Made by a program: the position numbers and the translations under genes. Shown here piece by piece: positions 38,412 through 51,312 of a stretch of DNA of 64,000 bases. Within the stretch, counting starts at the first letter, position 1. Each line of letters opens with the position of its first letter. The notes under the pieces were generated by a model that saw nothing but the letters and a program-made list of their open reading frames with translations, was not told where the DNA came from and did not search any database. This stretch comes from Eledone cirrhosa (Eukaryota): the NCBI GenBank assembly GCA_964016885.1, contig OZ024740.1:82026001-82090000 (forward strand), in the 5' to 3' direction.

Positions 38412-40599
38412 TTATGAAAATAACAGATTAAAGTTTAAGCAAAGAATCGCTGCTTTCACCCTTAACGGGATCTTCTGAAACTAACAAAGTCAATTTGTAA
38501 ACGCAGAAGTGGATATTTCAAAAAACGTTGCAACCGGAGGAAGACAGGAAGACGATACTTTCGTTCGTGGTAACGTTCGCTGGCAAAGAACGGGAAAAAA
38601 CGAATATAATACGTCATTAATAGGAGCGGTGAAAAACAATTACGCGCAAAGACAGAACCACGTTTATGGTATAAAAGCGGTCGTAGACTAATGTTCTCCT
38701 AGGTGGTTCATAGAGACGTTCTCTGGTAATGAACGAAGATAATACGTCATATGTGGAGCGTGGAGAACAATAGCACGCAAAGACAAAACCACGTAAATGG
38801 TATAACAGATGTCGTAGACTAAAATTCTAACTAGGAGACCGAATGATTCTCCGCTACAGAGTTAAGAACAAAGTAAATAAATACATTAGTCTTTGCGTGC
38901 TATTGTTCTCCACGCTCCACATATGACGTATTATCTTCGTTCATTGCCAGAGAACGTCTCTATGAACCACCTAAGAGAACATTAGTCTACGATCTCTTTT
39001 ATACCATAAACGTGGTTCTGTCTTTGCGCGTAATTGTTTTTCACAGCTCCTATTAATGACGTATAATATTCATTTTTTCCCGTTCTTTGCCAGCGAACGT
39101 TTCCACGAACCAAAGTATCGTCTTCCTGTCTTCCTCCGGTTACAATGTTTTTTGAAATATCCACTTCTGCGTTTAAAGATTGACTTTGTTAGTTTCAGAA
39201 GATCCCGTTAAGGGTGAAAGCAGCGGTTCTTTGCTTAACCTTTAATCTGTTATTTTAATAAATATTTGCTCTACAGTTCTTATATATTTGATATATATTT
39301 ATCCTTATCAAGCCCTTTTTGGATTTTAATCTTCAAATTTATTATTATTACATATATATATATAGTTTCAGATGTTAAGGTCCTGTAATGATAATGCTGT
39401 GATACATATTTCAATGACGACAGTAGCCACACACTTCGGTGTGCCCAGTGCCGTGACATCATCAGACAGCTTCTTACATAATAAGGTTATGTTTCCCAGG
39501 CAATCCAAATTGACATGGGAACGGACAAAGCGTGTGCTCCTGAATTCTTCGCCCGTTCCCCTCTGAGTCCAAATTCACCCCCACCGGTCTGCGCAGGCGC
39601 AAGTCCGAAGGAAGTTGATCGTCAACTACCACAAAGTTCTACGAAACTCGCCTATATATATATACACACACATATATATATATATATATACCTATATATA
39701 TATATATATATATTTATTAAATAACAGATTAAAGTTTAAGCAAAGTATCGCTGCTTTCACCCTTAACGGGATCTTCTGAAACTAACAAAGTCAATCTGTA
39801 AACGAAGAACTGGATATTTCAAAAAACGTTGCAACTGGAGGAAGACAGGAAGACGATACTTTGGTTCGTGGAAACGTTCGCTGGCTGAGAACGGGAAAAA
39901 ACGAATATGATACGTCATTAATAGGAGCGGTGAAAAACAATTACGCGCAAAGACAGAACCACGTTTATGGTATAAAAGAGGTCGTAGACTAATGTTCTCT
40001 TAGGTGTTGGATAGAGACGTTCTCTGGCAATGAACGAAAAATACGAAGATAATACGTCATATGTGGAGCGTGGAGAACAATAGCACGCAAAGACAAAACC
40101 ACGTAAATGGTATAGCAGAAGTCGTAGATTAAATTCGAACTAGGAGACCGAATGAATCTCCGCTACGGAGTTCAGAACAAAGTAAATAAATACAATACGG
40201 GAAGTAATAGAAATAATAAATACATACACGCAAACAAAACCGTACATACACAAGCACACGCAAAAACTTACCATAGGTAAACAAAACCACGCACATATAA
40301 ATATTTAATGACGTATTATATTCTTTTTTTCCCGTTCTTAGCCAGCGAACGTTTCCACGAACCAAAGTATCATCTTCCTGTCTTCCTCCGGTTGCAACGT
40401 TTTTTGAAATATCCAGTTCTGCCTTTACAGAGTGACTTTGTTAGTTTCAGAAGATCCCGTTAAGGGTGAAAGCAGCGATTCTTTGCTTAACCTTTAATCT
40501 GTTATTTAATAAATATTTGCTCTACGGTTCTTATATATTTGATATATATTTATCCTTATCGAGCCCTCTTTGGATTTTAGTCTTCAAATTTATTATTAT

Positions 40600-40600
<1 letters not shown>
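38410..40600. mobile_element. Two fold-backs of PLE terminal family G (38410-39350 and 39713-40600) with a family F arm between them
   Basis: Arms match the 3' end of the PLE at 41824-43432; HHR agttt-CAGAAGA-tccc gttaa gggt-GAAA-gca..tgc-TT-aa(a/c)ct at 39191-39241 and 40443-40493, with minus-strand mirrors; also a fragment at 32745-32824. Confidence 0.9.
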
Positions 40601-40658
<58 letters not shown>

Positions 40659-40660
<2 letters not shown>

Positions 40661-41208
40661 TATGTATACGTACATACATATATGTATATGGACGTACAGT
40701 AGTATGTATATATATATACATACATGCACACATTTATATATGTACGTATGGATTTACCGATCATTTATTATAATGCTCGGTGTGTTTGTAAACAAACATC
40801 CCGAATTAACCCGTACAGTGTTTAGCAACCATCGTTGCCCTTTCGTTCAACACTGACACAGGAACGATGTACTAGTTTCAAGCCTATTAGCTATCGTCAG
40901 CACCGTATACCTTCCTGCTAAATGATTGAACGTCTGAATGTATATACTTTCCTTATGCATATTAACGACTGAGTAGCTTACTTTGCATATCGAGTGAGTT
41001 AATCGGCCGGGCGCACCGAAAACGATAAACGGAAAAAAATGAAACGAAATATCATTTCTCACGCTTAGTACGGCTGTTACTTAAATATGAGTATGTATAC
41101 GTACATACATATATGTATACGGACGTACAGTAGAATGTATACATATATATACATACATGCACACATATATATATATATGTACGTATGGATTTACCGAACA
41201 TTTATTAT
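40659..41208 (-). mobile_element. 431-bp terminally redundant retrozyme-like unit; HHR at 40864-40906
   Basis: Direct repeat at 40659-40772 and 41090-41208; acggtg-CTGACGA-tagct aata ggctt-GAAA-ctag-TA-catcgt; shares blocks with the 467-bp unit. Confidence 0.85.
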
Positions 41209-41224
41209 ATATATATATATATAT

Positions 41225-41824
41225 ATACATTTAAAGTATATGATAAACACGAAATGTGTTTACATTGCAACAGACAAAGTTAGCTATTAATGAAATAAAC
41301 TAATAAAAGTGAATACAATTTGTCTGTCTCGATACAGGTCAATAAAGACAAGCTTATATTGGCAATGGCCATGATTCCTGGACATATTTAAATTTCAAAA
41401 TTCAAACCTGTTCTGTAGACGAATTTGAACCTCGAAACCCAAATAAGTTTCGCAACGGTGGAATGTGAATTGAAAAATAAAGAGAATCGAAATGGAAATA
41501 GAAATAAAATAGTGAAATATCCAAATCTTCTGTGCTTATCAACAGGAATCCAGTAAAATTAGTCTATCTCACATCAAAAATGTTGCAGGTCTGACTACAC
41601 GTGCGTAGGCAGGCCAAAACTAGCTGTCCCACATTCACGGTGCTAGAAATAACAGCCGCTTATGCAGGATTAAGGATCAGCTCTTACAATAAAGGAGCTA
41701 TACATTATATTATATTTTGAGAATAAACTCTCAGTCGTTTACAATAATTAAGCTCCAGGAAGGGGCTCTTCCGAGCAGTTAAATACATTTAAAGTATATG
41801 ATAAACACGAAATGTGTTTACATT
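41225..41824 (-). mobile_element. 558-bp terminally redundant retrozyme-like unit; extended HHR at 41373-41550
   Basis: 42-bp direct repeat at 41225-41266 and 41783-41824; gattcctg-TTGATAA-gca..tgc-GAAAC-long stem III-GTC-caggaatc. Confidence 0.75.
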
Positions 41825-43429
41825 TGCTCTACGGTTCTTATATATTTGATATATATCTATCCTTTCTATACGGCTTTCTATACGGGTAATACAACCCATT
41901 CAATAAATTGAGGGTAACTATTAATATTTCTTACTCTACGACTCCTAACATTGCACATAACATCACAGCTTCCAATTTAGATAAACTACCTAGCCGTAGG
42001 AACACGTGCAACCCTCTAGTTAGTAGGAATCGGGCTGATTGCCCCCTATCCGGGAAATGCCTCTCTAGTAACATTGTCTACAAATGTAAGGTTGTAACAC
42101 CCACGTCCCGTAGGGCCTACATAGGGTTAACCGCCAATAGTTTCAAGCAGCGTCTTTACATGCATACCCATTCTTTTCGTTACCCTCTAAGAAGGAATAT
42201 GACGTCACTTTCAGCTTATATCTGGAGTCTAAAAGACAACCACACCCAATATAAGTTACACTGGGAGATCCTAGCTAGGGCTAGATCGTATAACGGAAAT
42301 AAATGACCATGTGACCTCTGCGACGCTGAACCCTGGAAATACTCTACGCCACAGACCACACCTTAAACAAAAAATCTGAGGCAATTTCGGCTTGTAAACA
42401 TAAATTTCACAAAACTTTCCTGTATTACAGCCCCACGTTATACACTAACGGATAGTACGATCCATACGTGGATATTTTACGTCTTGATGTGGGAGCTAAG
42501 TATATATTTTGTTTATTCCTTTACTTATTTGCATAGATAAGTATATATTACCCGTATGTTTTGTGAAAGTACGTATACCTTCTCGTACGTTTATTTGATT
42601 GTAGTTTTTTATATATTCTGGTACATAGGTTTTGGCTATGTGTATACGGCAGTTTTGCGTCTGTGTGAGTATGCAGGTTCGTACGTATGGTGGGTGTGTG
42701 TATATGTGTATTTCTGGTTTTAGTTGACTTATGTCTCCGAACATTCGCGTATTTATATGTAGGTATGTGTGTGCGTTTGTTATATACGCATGTATTTATT
42801 TAAATACGTTTATATAATTATTTATTTGTATACACGCATACACACACACATATTTATATGTTTGTGGTTTTGTATACCTATGGTAAGGTTTTGCGTATGC
42901 TTGTGTATGTACGTATTTGTTTGCGTGTATGTATTTATTTATTTCTATTACTTCGGTATGTATTTACTTTGTTCTTAACTCTGTAGTGGAGATTCATTTG
43001 GTCTCCTAGTTAGAATTTTAGTCTACGACTTCTGCTATTCCATTTACGTGGTTTTGTCTTTGCGTGCTATTGTTCTCCACGCTCCACATTGACGTATTAT
43101 CCTCGTGTTTTCGTTCATTGCCAGAGAACGTCTCTATGCACCACCTAAGAGAACATTAGTCTACGACCTCTTTTATACCATAAACGTGGTTCTGTCTTTG
43201 CGCGGAATTGTTTTTCACCGCTCCTATTAATGACATATTATTCGTTTTTTCCTCTTCTTTGCCAGCGAACGTTCCCACGAACCAAAGTATCGTCTTCCTG
43301 TCTTCCTCCGGTTGCAACGTTTTTTGAAATATCCACTTCTGCGTTTACAGATTCACTTTGTTAGTTTCAGAAGATGCCGTTAAGGGTGAAAGCAGCGATT
43401 CTTTGCTTAAACTTTAATCTGTTATTTTA

Positions 43430-43432
<3 letters not shown>
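41824..43432 (+). mobile_element. Internally deleted family G PLE: GIY-YIG remnant and pLTR with HHR (43363-43413)
   Basis: ISYSTTPNIAHNI..CPLSGKCLSSNIVYKCKV..AYIGLTANSFKQRLYMH..WEILARARSY (41908-42306); begins with a short direct copy of the sequence that follows the HHR in other family G copies. Confidence 0.9.
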
Positions 43433-43491
<59 letters not shown>

Positions 43492-43520
43492 ACATCGTCG
43501 TACATAACAACTAAAATTAT

Positions 43521-43629
43521 ATAATTGTTTCTATTTTAGGCACAAGGCCAGCAATTAACCAGTACAGTACTGGTACTTTATTTTATTGACCCCGTAAGGA
43601 TGAAAGGCAAAGTTAACCTCGGCAGGATT
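43521..43629 (-). mobile_element. 5'-truncated SINE
   Basis: 3' half of the 6439 SINE family. Confidence 0.85.
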
Positions 43630-44218
43630 ATATAATGATATTATTTCATTGGCTGTATAATCAAAAGGACGGCATTTGTTTCTCAAATTGCAAACTGAAT
43701 TGAAACCTGGAAATATTTTGTCAAATTGATTCTAAATTAATCCAACTGACTACATTGTAAACTCTCATTAAAATATAAACTAACTATATATCTTATCATT
43801 CCGTATATTATGGCCCATTAATAGTTACTATAAACATATAATATTCTCTTTAATAAGAACTTTTAAACGAAAGCTATTGAAAATGAGTCAAATTTTTTAC
43901 AGATAAATTTTGTGAAATGAAATTTATTGAGTTATTAATTAAATACTTAATACTATAATAACCAATTATATATCAACGTATATAAAATGATAATTGTGAG
44001 CAATGTGCATTGAATACAATTTGTTTAATTGCGTAGTATTGAAAGCCAGCCAATTCACATACTGAATGAGGATTCATTGTGGCAAATATAATTATAGATG
44101 AGACAATTAAATTTTCACAGTCAACAATCTTCAATTACATATAGAACATTTTTGGAAATGAACAAAGCATTGTCTGTAATTTTTGTCAATGTTTCTCGGA
44201 AATCAATAATCTTTTTCA

Positions 44219-44576
44219 TAATAATTGTTTCTACTTTTAGGCACAAGGCCAGCAATTACTCAGTGCAATACTGGTACTTTATTTTATCGACCCTGTAAGG
44301 ATGAAAGGCAAAGTCAACCTCGGCGGGATTTGAACTCAGATTGTAAAGGGACGTAACTATGCTGGAATGTATGGTGTCCGACCCTCTACCGATAATAATT
44401 GTTTCTACTTTAGGCACAAGGCCAGCAATTAACCAGTGCATTACTGGTACTTTATTTTATCGACCCCGTAAGGATGAAAGGCAAAGTCAACCTCGGCGGG
44501 ATGTGAACTCAGATTGTAAAGGGACGTAACTATGCTGGAAAGCATGGCGTCCGACCCTCTACCGATACTGCCAACC
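44219..44576 (-). mobile_element. Two tandem SINE copies
   Basis: Copies at 44219-44391 and 44392-44576. Confidence 0.9.
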
Positions 44577-44683
44577 ACAATGACTATATAACTGTATACA
44601 TACATATGTACTCATACATACATGTATATATATATACATATATAAATATATATATAAATAGTATATATATAAACACACGCACG

Positions 44684-44727
<44 letters not shown>

Positions 44728-45176
44728 TATATATATACATATATATATGTATATATATATAAACATATATGTATATATATATATATCTTCCACTCACTCA
44801 CTCTCTGTTTCACCCCTTCTCATTTCCTTCGTTCGTTAGTAGTGAGATTCTTTCTTTCTCACATCTCATTCACGTCGGACGGTCTGTTTTCTGTCCGCTC
44901 ATGAAATTCACCCAGATAGGCAGATCGGATAAACATCATGTTGCTTGCTTTTTTCCTACCTTCGGTTTGCTTTTCCTTCTACGTTGTTTACTTGTCTCAC
45001 TCGCTTTACGCGATTCACTTGTCCCAATAGCTTATTTTAGTTATTGCTCGCACCAACCTGAGGTATATGATTTTTAATGCGATGAAATACCAATGATGGT
45101 TGGCAAATCACTGATGAGGGACTAATTTTATAATATGTAACCCATGTGCAACCACGCAGTTTTCCTCTTTCTTCCC

Positions 45177-45225
<49 letters not shown>

Positions 45226-45230
<5 letters not shown>

Positions 45231-45919
45231 ATATTGAGAAACACACAGATACATGCGGACACATACATATACATGAATATATCCACATCCATCTTTGAGT
45301 TAATAGTGCCAACCTTAACCGATGTTGCTCTATGAATAACTGACAAACCAATCCGAATGGATTAGACTGAACCAGTATCAGAGGTAAAGGTACATTATGA
45401 AGAGAGAAGAAACATTTAGATATAATTAGTAATAAGATGTATCATACCTAAACTGCTTCTAGATTCCTCGACTACGTAGTTTCGTGGCATAATCAAAAAC
45501 AATACATCATAGAGATATAGAGCCTTTGTGAGATCTGCCGACTTATCAAGAGGATACCTCATTTTACTAGCTTCAAAGAACACCTATTCTACGGCCTCGA
45601 TATAAATACCCCCTCCGCCTCCGTGGTATTTTTTTCAGGGTTATAAGGGGCTTAGCTATGTTTCTTGAACGTCGTATCACGTGATTGACTCCCCCTCCGC
45701 CTTTTCGGATTCTATCTCACATCTTATAGACGTTCTCTTTGATGCTAGTAAAATGAGGTATCCTCTTGATAAGTCGGCAGACTCGCAAAGGCTCTATATC
45801 TCTATGATGTATTGTTTTTGATTATGCCACGAAACTACGTAGTCGAGGAATCTAGAAGCAGTTTAGGTATGATACATCTTATTACTAATTATATCTAAAT
45901 GTTTCTTCTCTTTTCATAA

Positions 45920-45920
<1 letters not shown>
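45226..45920. mobile_element. Fold-back PLE-type terminus with U3-A8 HHR at 45761-45849 (+) and 45465-45554 (-)
   Basis: Arms about 45394-45571 and 45744-45920; tcctc-TTGATAA-gtcggca..tgccac-GAAA-ctacgtag-TC-gagga. Confidence 0.88.
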
Positions 45921-46010
<90 letters not shown>

Positions 46011-46574
46011 GTTTATATCTGCATATATATATATAAACAACAAACCGGGCGATGTGCGAGCAACTTAAGGTAAGAACATTCAAGACCACAGCGATAAGAG
46101 AACTTAAGTTCAAGAGCGTGTGGGCGATCGAAAAGACACACGTCTGACGCCAGCGAGATGTAAGTGAGAAAAGGACTATTACAGGGTCAGGCGAGGGAGA
46201 CAATGAGGTGGCGAGCACAGAGAGGATGAGTGAAAGTGAGAGGGAGAAAAGGAGAGGAAGAAAGTGAGGTAGGATTAGATAGTGACCAAATAGGTAGGTA
46301 GAAAGAGAGAGAATACTAGTAGAGAGGATGAGTGAAAGTGAGATGTAGAAAGGGAGAGGAAGAAAGATGCGTGAGAGAAGATAGTAACGAAATAGATAGG
46401 TAGAAGGAGAGAGAAGACTGGTCACCACGAAAGATGATAAAATATATGGAGAATAGGATTGGCCGTGTAGTTACTATTTAAGGTAGCTTAAAATTGAGTG
46501 AGAATAAGAAAAAAGTAAGAACGGGGGGCAATTTTCCTCATCAGTTGTCTACTGGGGTCTCGGATATTTCCACG

Positions 46575-46624
<50 letters not shown>

Positions 46625-46859
46625 GATATTAACAAATGGAAACTATATTTATAAAACCATATTTATTTCATTATACATATTTCAAGGACACCAAGTTAAA
46701 TTATGGTGTGCTTTCATCGGACAAAATATAATATAGATCAGTTTTATAAATACATATTGACATACCCTTCAAAAATGCAACCATTACTGTTGGAAGCTTC
46801 CGGATAGTGGAGTTGTTTACTTATATTATTATTAGTATTGGATATTTTTATTTTTAAAA

Positions 46860-47330
46860 TAAGCCGTTGGGTTACTAAACCAGCAATCCTCCCAAGCATC
46901 CTTGGAGTGGTGGATGATTGTGGACACCCTACCGGATCAAAGACAAAATCCATCATAAGGCGGAGAAACTCAAGAGAGTCAACGCCCATCTAGTAAACTA
47001 TTTTTTTATTGTGGAACGTGCGACCCTTAGTCTTTATTAATAAATATGTCTAACAGATGGTCACTTTGATATAAAACCTGCGACTTCGTTTGTACCCAAT
47101 GATGTAGACTAGTTCTTCTTTTTCGTTAAATGCATTCGATGAGTGGGATTGCCTTTCCTCACATAAAAAAGATTCAAGGACCAGCATCGCTTATATGTGA
47201 TATTTGTTGGCGATACTTGGCATTGCTGACTATAGGCAAGTCCCTCTCTAGACTAAAAGCCACGTCCTTGATGGTAATGCTTAACTATCAAGTGAGGGCT
47301 TGACTAGTAATGGATTGCAGCCTTCAGGTT
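46860..47330 (+). repeat. Old dispersed repeat, possibly a LINE 5' UTR; related copy at about 62940-63480
   Basis: Collinear shared blocks agtcaacg.ccatc, gatataaaacctgcg, gatgt.ga, agtgggattg. Confidence 0.45.
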
Positions 47331-47361
47331 TTGTAGTATCAAACTAATATATATATATATA

Positions 47362-48165
47362 TAAAAGCAATAAGATTTTGCTTCAAGCATAGCTTTATAC
47401 AAAAATGTATAGAAATTTCGTATTTCTAAAGAAATACGGTTTTAGGAAGCCGTAGCTATGCAAACACCGTGGGCTAACGCCCTCTGGTGGTGTCCAGCCG
47501 AAGCAAGAGGGACAACAGTCTATGCATTTCATGCTTGACTGGCCTTCTTCAGGACGGTCCCTCCCACCGCTTGCTACTGCTGGACTTGAAAACAGTCGAG
47601 AATATATAGTTTTCTCGTCTGTGTAAATGAGGTGATTAATCTCATTTGCATATGAAGCTGCATAAGTTGGTTCAACATATAATAGAAAGGAAATAAGATT
47701 TCGCTTCAAGCATGGCTTTATACAAAATGTATAGACATTTCGTATTTCTTCTGGACACCACCAGAGGGCGTTAGCCCCCGGTGTTTGCATAGCTACGGCT
47801 TCCTAACACCATGTTTCTTTAGAAATACGAAATTTCTATACATTTTTGTATAAATCTATGCTTGAAGCGAAATCTCAATTCTTTTCTATTATAAGTCGAG
47901 TAAACTTATGCAACTTCATATGCAAATGAGATTAATCACCTCATTTACACAGGTGAGAAAACTATATATTCTCGACTGTTTTGAAGTCCAGCAGTAGCAA
48001 GCGGTTGGAAGGACCGCCTTGAAGAAGGCCAGTCAAGCCTGAAATGCATAGACGGTTGTCCCCCTTGCTTCTGCAGGACACTACTAGAGGGCGTTAGGCC
48101 CCAGTGTTTGCATAGCTACGGCTTCCTAAAACCGTGTTTCTTTAGAAATACGTAATTTCTATAGA
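47362..48165. mobile_element. 323-bp retrozyme-like unit inserted as a palindrome, each arm longer than one unit
   Basis: Left arm 47362-47750 repeats at 47369 and 47692; right arm 47751-48165 is inverted; HHR consensus accgtc-CTGAAGA-aggc..gcct-GAAA-tgca-TA-gacggt at 47515-47558 (-) and 48013-48056 (+). Confidence 0.9.
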
Positions 48166-48174
48166 TATTTATAA

Positions 48175-48206
<32 letters not shown>

Positions 48207-48980
48207 TTTTAATATAGATGAGATTCTACAGGACTAGAACTGTTTCATTCATTAGAAATCATCAGGAATCTGGGTATCAAAAAATAAATATGGTATTTAT
48301 AGGTCTCTACAAGTGGTAGGAGAGGGTGGGGAGTGGGATGGGTGCAGGTCATTGGTTGATAGAAAAGGGAATTCATTAAAAGCTAATTCTACAAAGCTAT
48401 AGTTAATTTTTATTTTTATTTATATTTATTTATGTTTTTAGAGTAACAAAGGCAGACAGGATTCTATAAACAGGTTCCGGATGGCATACCATTCCTTGTC
48501 AATAAGTTTCTCTTAAGCTAACAGATGTCTATAAAATCAGTGGGGGGTCAGTCATGCTCGATAGAATTAAAGAAAAGGGAGATGCTTTAAAAGCTAAAGT
48601 CATTAAGGTTCTACTAAGTGACAAAGGTCTAGAGAATTCTGCAGACAGATTCAAAATACTGAGTGCATATCTTACTATTATCTTCGAACTTCTCTTAAAC
48701 TAATCAACAATATGCCAAAATCAACAGACACATTCACAAAAAAACAAAAAAACAAAAAACCAAAAAAACAGAAAAACAAAAAAACACACATAAAAAACAA
48801 AAAAACACACATACTCACACACTTACGCGCAACCATAAACACACACACAAACACATATACTCACATAAAAATACACACACATATATAAAAAATATATAAA
48901 TATGTATTCATGTACACACACATACATACACACATACATACATACATACATATAGAATACATATACACATATACATACGC

Positions 48981-49027
<47 letters not shown>

Positions 49028-49132
49028 TATACATATATATACATACATATATATATACATATACAAACATATATACATATATATACATACAAATATACAT
49101 ATACACACATACACACACACACATATATATAC

Positions 49133-49225
<93 letters not shown>

Positions 49226-49394
49226 GATACACACACACATACACATACATACACACACACACACATATATATACACAAATAAATACACTCACACGCATAC
49301 AAACAAACACGAGTATACATATGTATAAATATACACACATACACACACACACACATATATACGTATATATATATATACATATACATATATATAT

Positions 49395-49455
<61 letters not shown>

Positions 49456-49674
49456 GATACACACACACACATACACATACATACACACACACACACATAT
49501 ATATACACAAATAAATACACTCACACGCATACAAACAAACACGAGTATACATATGTATAAATATCTATACACACACACATACACACATATATATATATAT
49601 ATACACACGCATACACATATATATATATATATATACATATATATATACACATATATATACATACATATACATAC

Positions 49675-49706
<32 letters not shown>

Positions 49707-49726
49707 CTATACACACACATATACAA

Positions 49727-49770
<44 letters not shown>

Positions 49771-49926
49771 CCATACATACACAAAACATACACATACATA
49801 CACAGACCTATACATAAATATACACATATATATACAGACATATAACGCACATATACACACACATATACATACACATATATACATATATATATACATATAC
49901 ATACATATATATATATACCTATATAC

Positions 49927-49961
<35 letters not shown>

Positions 49962-50090
49962 CATATATACACATACATACATATACACATACACATACAT
50001 ATATATACACATATACACACACACGCGCGCATACACACATACACACACCGACACACAAAATATATATACACACACACTCTCTATCTCATG

Positions 50091-50175
<85 letters not shown>

Positions 50176-50245
50176 GCACACACATACATTCATACATACA
50201 CACACACACATACATATACATATATACAAATGCACACTTATACAC

Positions 50246-50330
<85 letters not shown>

Positions 50331-50371
50331 CACACATACATACATACACACATACATACATATACATGCAT

Positions 50372-50410
<39 letters not shown>

Positions 50411-50419
50411 CACATACAC

Positions 50420-50474
<55 letters not shown>

Positions 50475-50597
50475 CATATACACATATATATACACACATA
50501 TACACACACATACATACACACATACACATACATATACATAAACATACACACACACATACACACGTATACATACATACATACATACACATACATACGC

Positions 50598-50705
<108 letters not shown>

Positions 50706-50844
50706 ATACATATACACAAACACATACATACATATACATACATAAATATACACACATAAAACACATATACACACAAACATATATATATACACACATATAT
50801 ATATACATAAAAATACATATACACACACATACATATATACATAC

Positions 50845-50903
<59 letters not shown>

Positions 50904-51045
50904 CATATACACACACATACACATATACATACATACATACATATACACAAACACATACATACATATACCTACATAAATATACACACATAAAACACATATA
51001 CACACAAACATATATATATACACATACATATACACACACATACAT

Positions 51046-51094
<49 letters not shown>

Positions 51095-51312
51095 TACACA
51101 TATACACATATACAAACAAATATATACACAAACAAGTAAATAGGTACTCAATAAATATACGCATATACACAGGCACTTAAAGACACCTCTACAGGCAGAA
51201 AATGTAGATACGAAAGAGGTACTCACATGACCATAGTGGCCGTATTTCAGGTTGAGGAGGGGTGGGAGTAGGGTGGGGAGGAGGTAAAGGGGCCAATAGG
51301 GGGAGGTCGTTT

